64,000 bases of DNA from the NCBI RefSeq assembly GCF_009914755.1, contig NC_060925.1, one strand, 5' to 3'. Below are positions 55,334 to 64,000 of this stretch, one piece after another. Below the pieces are notes generated by a model. The model made no database searches. It was not told where the DNA came from and saw only the letters and a list, made by a program, of their open reading frames with translations. This DNA is from the human T2T-CHM13v2.0 reference genome, Homo sapiens. The translations under genes were made by a program, and so were the position numbers. Each line of letters starts with the position of its first letter. Position 1 is the first letter of the stretch.

Positions 55334-58255
55334 TGGGGGAGGGGTGGAGCAAAATGGCTGACTACAAGGCTCCACTGATTGTCCCCACAGCAGGAATGCC
55401 AAATTCAACAGCTATCCACATAAAGACAGCATCTTTATAAAACCAACAATCAGGTGAGCACTCACAGTCCCTGGTTTTAATTCTATCACTGAAAGAGGCA
55501 CCAAGGAAGGTAGCAAGGAGAGTCCTGAATTGCCAGTGCCCCACTTCCTCCATCGCCCAACAGCGGCCATGTGGCACAGAGCAAGAACCTGTGCACTCAG
55601 GAGAGACAGCACAGTGATTATGAGACTTTACACTGAACTCAGCACTGCCCTGTCACAGTAGAAAGCAAAACCAGACTGAACTCAACTGATGAACGCCCAG
55701 GGAGGGAGCATTCAGATGGGCCCAAGCTGGAGGGGAACCGCTGTCCCCGTGGGGGGAATCTGAGTTCCAGCAAGCCTCACCACCATGGGCTAAAGTGCTC
55801 TGGGGCCATAAATAAACCTAAAAGGCAGTCTATACCACAAGGACTGTAACTCTTAGGCAAGTCCTAGTGCTGAGCTGGGCTCGAAGCCAGTGGGCTTGGG
55901 GAGCATGCGACCTACTGAGACACCACCCAACACAGCTAAAGGAGTGTTTGCACCAGTCCTTCCCCAACCCCAGGCAGCACAGCTCTTGGCTCCAAAAGAG
56001 ATCCCTCCATTCTGCTTGAGGAGAGGGGAGGGAAGAGTAAAGAGTAAAGAGAACTTTGTCTTACATCTTGGGTACCAGCTCACCCAAAGTAGGATAGGGC
56101 ACTAGTCAGAGTTGTGAAGTCCCCATTTCAGGTCCTTCCTCCTGGATGACATTTCCAGACACACCCAGGGCCAAAAGGGAACCCACTGCTTTGAAAGGAA
56201 GGACCCAGTGCTATCAGGATCCATCACCTGCTGGCTAAAGAGCTCCTGGGTCCTGAATAACCAGCAGCAATATCCAAGTAATATCCAGGTGGTGGTAGCC
56301 ATGGGCTGCCTGTGGAAACGGGACGAAAGAGTGGGAAGAGCTGGGACTCATGGTTTGAGTGCCAGCTCAGCTGCAGTAGAATAGAACACCAGGTATATTT
56401 CTAAGGATTTTGGTTCCAGTACGTGGCTCCTGGACAGCACCTCTGGACCTGCCCAGGGCCTAAGGGAACCCAATGCCCTGAAGAGAAGGACACATGCCTG
56501 GTTGGCTTCACCACCTGCTTACTGTAAAGCCCCAGGGCCTCGAGCAAATATAGGCCATAGCCAGGTAGTGCTTCTAGCAGGCCTTGGGTGAAACTCACTA
56601 CTGTGCTGGCTTCAGGTCTGACCAGTGCAGCCCCAGTGATAGTGGCCACAGGGGAGCTTGTGTCACCTCACACCCAACTCCAGGTAGCTCAGCACAGAGA
56701 GAGAGACTATGTTTGTTTGGGAGAAAGTAAGGGAAGAGAACAAGAATCTTTGCTTGGTATCCAGAGAACGCTTGCAGATCTTATCCAAGACCACAAAGGT
56801 GGTACCTCTATGAGTCTGCAAGAACCACAGTGTTACCAGGCTTGGGGTGCCTTGTAATACAAACATGACTTAGATAACACACCCAAGTCCTTTCAAATAC
56901 CTCAAAAGCCTTCCCAAGAAGAACAGGCACAAACAGCCCAGATTGCAAAGACTATAAGTACCTAACTCTTCAATGCCCAGACACCAAAGAACATCCACAA
57001 GCATCAAAACCATTCAGGAAAATGTGGCCTCACCAAATGAACTAAATCAGGCATCAGGGAACAATCCCAGAGAAACAGAGATATGCAACTTTTCAGACAG
57101 AGAATTCAAAACAGCCATTTTGAGGAAACTCTGAGAAATTCAAGATAACACAGAAATGGAATTCAGAATTCTATCACATAAATTGAACAAAGAGATTAAA
57201 ATAATTAAAAAGAATCAAGCAGAAATTCTGGAGCTGAAATTGCAAATGACATACTGAAGAATGCATCCGTTATTGGCCTTAAAGAGGAGGTAGAGAAGGA
57301 GATAGGGATAGAAAGTTTATTCAAAGGGTTAACAGAGAACACCTCAAACCCAGAAGATATCAATATCTAAGTAAAAGAAGGCTACAGAACACCAAGCAGA
57401 TTTAACTCAAAGAAGACTACCTCGAAGCATTTAAAAATCAAACTCCCAAAGGTCAACAATAAAGAAAAGATCCTAAAAGCAGCAAAATAAAAGAAACAAA
57501 TAACCCATTGGAGTTTCAATATAGCTAGCAGCCGACTTCTCAGTGGAGAACTGATAGTCGAGAAGAGCATATTTAAAGTGCTGAAGGAAAAAAACTTTTA
57601 CCCTAGAATAGAATATCTATCGAAAATATCCTTCATACATGAAGGAAGAATACTTTCTCAGATAAACAAAGGCTGAGGGATTTCAACAAAGACTAGAACT
57701 GTCCTACAAGAAATGTTAAAGGAAGTATTTCAATCAGAAAGAAAAGGATGTTAATGAGCAATAAGAAATCATCTGAAAATACAAAACTTACTGGTAATAG
57801 TAAGCACACAGAAAAACACAGAATATTAAACATTGTAACTCTGGCTTGTAAACTACTCTTACCTTGAGTAGAAAAGACTAAAAGATGAACTAATAAAAAA
57901 TAATAACTACAACTATTCAAGACATAGACAATACAATAATACATACATTTAAAAGTTAAAAATATATAAATTTAATATATAAATTTAAAAAGTTAAAAAA
58001 CACGGGATGAAATTAAAGTGTAGTTAACCTAACCATTATTAGGATTTTTTGCTTCTTTGTTTATGCAAGCAGTCTTAAAATAATGGGTAATAGATATTAT
58101 TTGTAAGCCTAATGGTAACCTCAAATCAAAAAACATACAATGGATATGCCAAAAATAAAAAGCAAGAAATTAAATCCTACCACCAGAGAAAATCACTTTC
58201 ACTAAAAGAAAGACAGGAAGGAAGGAAATAAGAAGGAGAAGACCACAAAATAACC
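55334..58255 (+). mobile_element. Old L1 (L1M1/L1M2-type) 5'UTR and decayed ORF1
   Basis: ggagcaaaatggctgac...aggctccactgat start, long GC-rich 5'UTR, ORF1 remnants (cagacagagaattcaaa, agaacaccaagcagattt, aaagaaaagatcctaaaagcagcaa). Confidence 0.75.
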
Positions 58256-60830
58256 ATTGCATTGGGCCTGCCTGGGTGGTCCGTGCAACCCAAGAGAGTG
58301 AGGAAAAGCAGGGTGGGGCAACAGCCCACCCTTGAGCGGGGTGGAACCAGGTGAGCCCTCACCCCAGGCAAGAAAGGTGGTGAGTGATTGTACAACGCCC
58401 CCCCAGGAAGCCATGCTTTTCCCATGGATCTTTGCAACCCGCAGATCAGGAGATCCCCTTGTGCACCCAGCAAGGCCTTGGTTCCCAAGCACAGAGCTGT
58501 GTGAACTCTCGCAGCTGCTTGGCCATGCACAAAGACCCAGGAGTTTCTTGCATACTCCACCCCGGGAATTCCAGTGAGACAGGAGATCTTCCAAGCTTTC
58601 CCCTAGGAAGGGGGCTAAAGCCAGGACACTAAGCAGCGTCATCCTGCAGGCCCCACTCCCATAGCACCTCACGAGTTAAAACCCACTGACTTGGAATTCT
58701 AGCCAGCCTGTGGGAGCAGGCTGGAGATTGCCGGAGATGACCAAGTTCCCAGGGGGAGGGGCAGCCGCCATCTACATGGCTCAAGTCAGCCATTTTGGCC
58801 TGCCAACTCCAGGAGTCTGCAAGGTCCAGACCAAAAGGAATTCAGCGCCATGCCGCGCAGCCAGCTGCTGTGGTAGATCGCGGCCAGGCTGCTTCTTTAA
58901 GTGGGACCCTGACCCATCCCTCCTCACTGGGTGGGGCCTCCCTGTGGGAATTTCATAACTCCGATCTCTCCCTGGGATGGAGCCACTGTGGGGAGGGGCG
59001 GCCACCGTATCTATGGTTCAGCCTGCTGGCTCTGGAAAGTCCAGGTGATCTGGAAAAGAGGGGCTCCTCCCACTGCAGCACACCTGCTCTGCCAAGGGGC
59101 AGCCAGACTGCTTCTTTAAATGGGTCCCATTCCTCCTGACTGGGTAAGACCTCCCAATAGGGGTCTCCAGACACCTTCTAGAGGAGCATTTGGGCCAGCA
59201 TCAGGTCGGGACCCCTGGGATGGAGCTCCCAGAGGAAGGAGCAGGCTGTCATATTTGCTGTTTTGCAGCCTTCACTGGTGATACCTCTAGGTGCAGGAGG
59301 GTCCAAGGCAACTAGGGTCTGGAGTGGACCTCCAGCAAACCACAGTAGCCCTACAAAAAGGGGCCTATTAAAAGAAAAACAAACAGAAAGAAAAACAACA
59401 ACAGCACAGACCCCATAAAAACCCATTAAAACGTTAGCAAACCCAAAGATCAAAAGTAGATAAGTCCACAAAGATGAGAAAGAATCAACACAAAGATGTT
59501 AAAAACTCAAAAAGCCAGAGTGTTTCTTCTCCTTCAAATGATGGCAGCATCTGTCCAGCCAGGCCACAGAACTGGGCTGAGACTGAGATGGATACATTGC
59601 CAGAAGCAGGCTTCAGAAGGTGGGTAATAGCAAACTTCACTGAGCCAAAGGACCGTGTTCTAACCCAGTGCGAAACAGAGAAGAATCATGATAAAACATT
59701 ACAGGAGCTGATAACCAGAATAACCAGTTTAGGGAAGAACAGAAATGACCTGATGCAGCTGAAAACCACAACACAAGAACTTCACAATAATGCAATCACA
59801 AGTATCAACAGCCAAACAGACCAAGCGGGAGAAGAATCTCAGAGCTTGAAAACTATCTGGCTGAATTAAGATAAACAAACAAGAATAGAGGAAAAAAAAA
59901 AGGAACAAACAAAACCTCCGAGAAATGTGGGATTATGTAAAAAGACCGAACCTATGACTAATTGGGGTAGCTGAAAGAGATGGGGAAAATGAAACCAAGT
60001 TGGAAAACATACTTCAGGATATCATCCAGAACTTCCCCAACCTAGAAAGACAGGCCAACATTCAAATTCAGGAAATGCAGAGAACCCCAGTAAGACATTC
60101 CATGAGAAGATCAACCCTAAGACACATAATCATCAGATTCTCCAAGGTTGAAATGAAAGACAAAATGTTAAGGGCAGCCAGAGATAAAGACCAGGTCACT
60201 TACAAATGGAAGCCCATCAGACTCATAGCAGACCTCTTAGTGGAAACCCCACAAGCCAGAGATTTGGGGGCAATATTCAACATTCTTAAAGAATTTCCAA
60301 CCCAGAATTTCATAACTGGACAAACTAAGCTTCATAACCAAAGGAGAAAGAAGATCCTTTTCAGATAAGCAAACGCTGAGAGAATTCAACACCACCAGGG
60401 TGCCTTGCAAGAGTTCCTGAAGGAAGCACTGAATATGGAAAGAAAAACCATTATCAGCCACTACAAAAATACACTAAAGTACACAGACCAGTGACACTAC
60501 GAAGCAGCTATATAAACAAGTCTGCAAAAATAACCAGCTAGCATCATGATGACAGGATCAAATTCACACATAACAGTATTAACCTTAAATGTAAACAGGC
60601 TAAATGCCCCAATTAAAAGACACAGAATGGCAAGCTGGATAAAGAATCAAGCCCTATCAGTGTGCCGTATTCAAGAGATACATCTCATATGCAAAGACAC
60701 ACACACGCTCAAAATAAAGGGATGAAGGAAATTTTACCAAGCAAATGGAAAACAGGAAAAAGCAGGGAGAGCAAATCTGGTTCCAGCAAAACAGAGATTA
60801 AACCAACAAAAAATCAAAAAAGACAAAGAA

Positions 60831-61141
<311 letters not shown>

Positions 61142-62409
61142 CAAAGAAGGGCATTACATGATGGTAAAGGGTTCAATTCACCAAGAAGAGCTAACTATCC
61201 TAAATACATATGCACCCAATATATATATATGCATCTAATACAAGAGCACCCAAATTCATAAAGCCAGTTCTTAGAGACCTACCAAGAGACTTAGACTCCC
61301 ACACAATAACAGTGGGAGACTTTAACACCCCACTGTCAATATTAGACAGATCAATGAGACAGAAAATTAACAAAGCTATTCAGGACCTGCACTCAGCTCT
61401 GGGTCAAGTGTACCTGATAGATATCTACAGAACTCTCCACCCAAAAACAGCAGCATATACATTCTTCTCATTGCCACGTGGCTCTTGCTCCAAAATCATC
61501 ACATAATTGGAAGTAAAACACTCCTCGGCAAACACAAAATAACTGAAATCTTAACAAACAATCTCTCAGACCACAGCACAATCAAATTAGAACTCAAGAT
61601 TAAGAAACTCACCCACAACCACACAAATACATGGAAATTGAACAACCTGCTCTTGAATGGCCCCTGGGTAAACAATGAAATTAAGGCAGAAATCAAGAAG
61701 TTCTTTGAAGCTAATGAGAACAAAGAGACAACATACCAGAATCTCTGAGATGCAGCTAAAGCAGTGCTAAGAGGGAAATTTATGGCACTAAATGCCCTCA
61801 AAAAGCTAGAAAGATTTCAAATACACAACCTAACATCACAACGAAAAGAACTAGAGAACCAAGAGCAAACAAACCCCAAAGCAGGCAGAAGACAAGAAAT
61901 AACCAAGATCAGAAGGGAACTGAAGGAGATAGAGACACACACACAAAAAAAACTTCAAAAAAAATCAATGAATCTGAGTTGGTTTTTTGAAAAAAATAAA
62001 ATAGACCACTAGCTAGACTAATAAAGAAGAAAAGAGAGACGAACCAAATAGATACAGTCAGAAAGGATAAGGGGGATATCACCACTGATCCCACAGAAAT
62101 ACAAACAACCATCAGAGAATACTATAAATACCTATATATACATAAACTAGAAAATCTAGGAGAAATGGATAAATTCCTGGACACATATACCCTCCCAAGA
62201 CTGAACCAGAAAGAAATTGAATCCCTGAATAGACCAACAGTGAGTTCTAAAATTGAGGCAGTAATAAATAGCCTACCAACCAAAACTAGCCCAGGACCAT
62301 ACAGATTTATAGCTGAATTCTACGAGAGGTACAAAGAGGAGCTGGTACCATTTCTACTGAAACTATTCCAAACAATTGAAAAGGAGGGACTCCTCCCTAA
62401 CTCATTTTA

Positions 62410-62832
<423 letters not shown>

Positions 62833-64000
62833 TCAGGTCGCTATCCCTGATGAACATCAATGCAAAAATCCTCAATAAAATACTGGCAAACCAAATCCAG
62901 CAGCACATCAAAAAGTTTATCCACCACAGTCAAGTAGGCTTCATCTCTGTGATGCAAGGTTGGTTCAACACACACAAATCAGTAAATGTAATTCATCACA
63001 CAAACAGAACTAAAAACAAAAACCACATGGTTATCTCAATAGATGCAGACAAGGCCTTTGACAAAAGTAAACATCGCTTCATGTTAAAAACTCTCAATAA
63101 CTAAGTATTGAAGGAACATACTTCAAAATAATAAGAGCCATATATGACAAACCCACAGCCAATGTCATACTAAATGGGCAAAAGCTGGAAGCATTCTCCT
63201 TGAAAATCAGCACAAGACAGGATGCCCTCTCTCAACTACTCCTATTCAACATAGTATTGGAAGTTCTGGCCAGAGCAATCAGACAAGAGAAAAAAATAAA
63301 AGGTATTCAAGAAGGAAGAGAGGAAGTCAGATAGTCTTTGTTTGCAGATGGCATGATCCTATATCTAGAAAACCCCACTGTCTCAGCCTAAAAGTTTCTT
63401 AAGCTGATAAGCAACTTCAGCAAATTCTCAGGATACAAAATCAATGTGCAAAAATCACACGCACTCCTATACACCAACAACAGGCATGCAGAGAACCAAC
63501 TCATGAATGAACTCCCATTCACAATTGCTACAAACAGAATAAAATGCCTGGCAATACAGTTAACAAGGGAAGTGAAGGAACTCTTCAAGGAGAACTACAA
63601 ACCACTGCTCAGGGAAATCAGAAACTACATAAACAAATGGAAAAACATTCCATGCTCATGGATAGGAAGAATCAGTATCATGAAAATGACCATACTGCCC
63701 AAAGTAATTTACAGATTCAGTGCTATTCCCATTAAACTACCACTGATATTCTTCACAGAATTAGAAAACTATGTTAACATTCATATGGAACTAAAAAAGA
63801 GCCTGTATAGCCAAGACAATCCTAAGCGAAAAGAACAAAGCTGGAGGCATCACACTACCCAACTTCAAACTATACTACAAGGCTACAGTAATCAAAACAG
63901 CATGGTACTAGTAAAAAACAGACACATAGACCAATGAAACAGAATAGAGAATTCAGAAATAAGACCGTTCACCTACAACCATCTGATCTTTGATAAACCT

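Noticed and set aside
49503-58300. The L1 5' fragment at 49503 as the missing 5' end of the L1 at 58256
   Set aside because: They are 8.7 kb apart, appear to be different subfamilies, and no rearrangement signature links them.

Overview
Human (primate) genomic DNA containing the 3' end of KIF26B (kinesin-11 family, + strand). The window starts inside a large intron. It then holds the last five coding exons (19132-19294, 20304-23706, 32867-33069, 33648-33798, 37210-37358; all GT-AG and phase-compatible), including a 3403-nt CpG-rich exon encoding a disordered Ser/Pro-rich tail. A 3'UTR follows with three candidate poly(A) signals (37980, 43818, 44162), then about 20 kb of intergenic DNA ending in two nested, dead L1s. 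The rest is Alu/L1/MIR/L2/LTR/DNA-transposon sequence with many minisatellites and local duplications. Most notable unexplained structures: (1) a 31-bp CpG-rich VNTR whose units, read on the minus strand, carry a YY1-like site and a complete Kozak-context micro-ORF (MAARSGDWA*), ending at a consensus splice donor; (2) a 75-bp, 92%-identical inverted repeat whose mismatches are mostly G-U compatible in the KIF26B pre-mRNA; (3) a perfect 18-bp palindrome with serial hairpins; (4) an L1 5' end cut at its splice donor and fused to an ORF2 piece with foldback junctions; (5) in-frame alternative splice sites near the C-terminus. No clearly new gene system is proven; all functional ideas are inference. 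Repeat subfamily names and exon numbers come from memory, and repeat boundaries are approximate.
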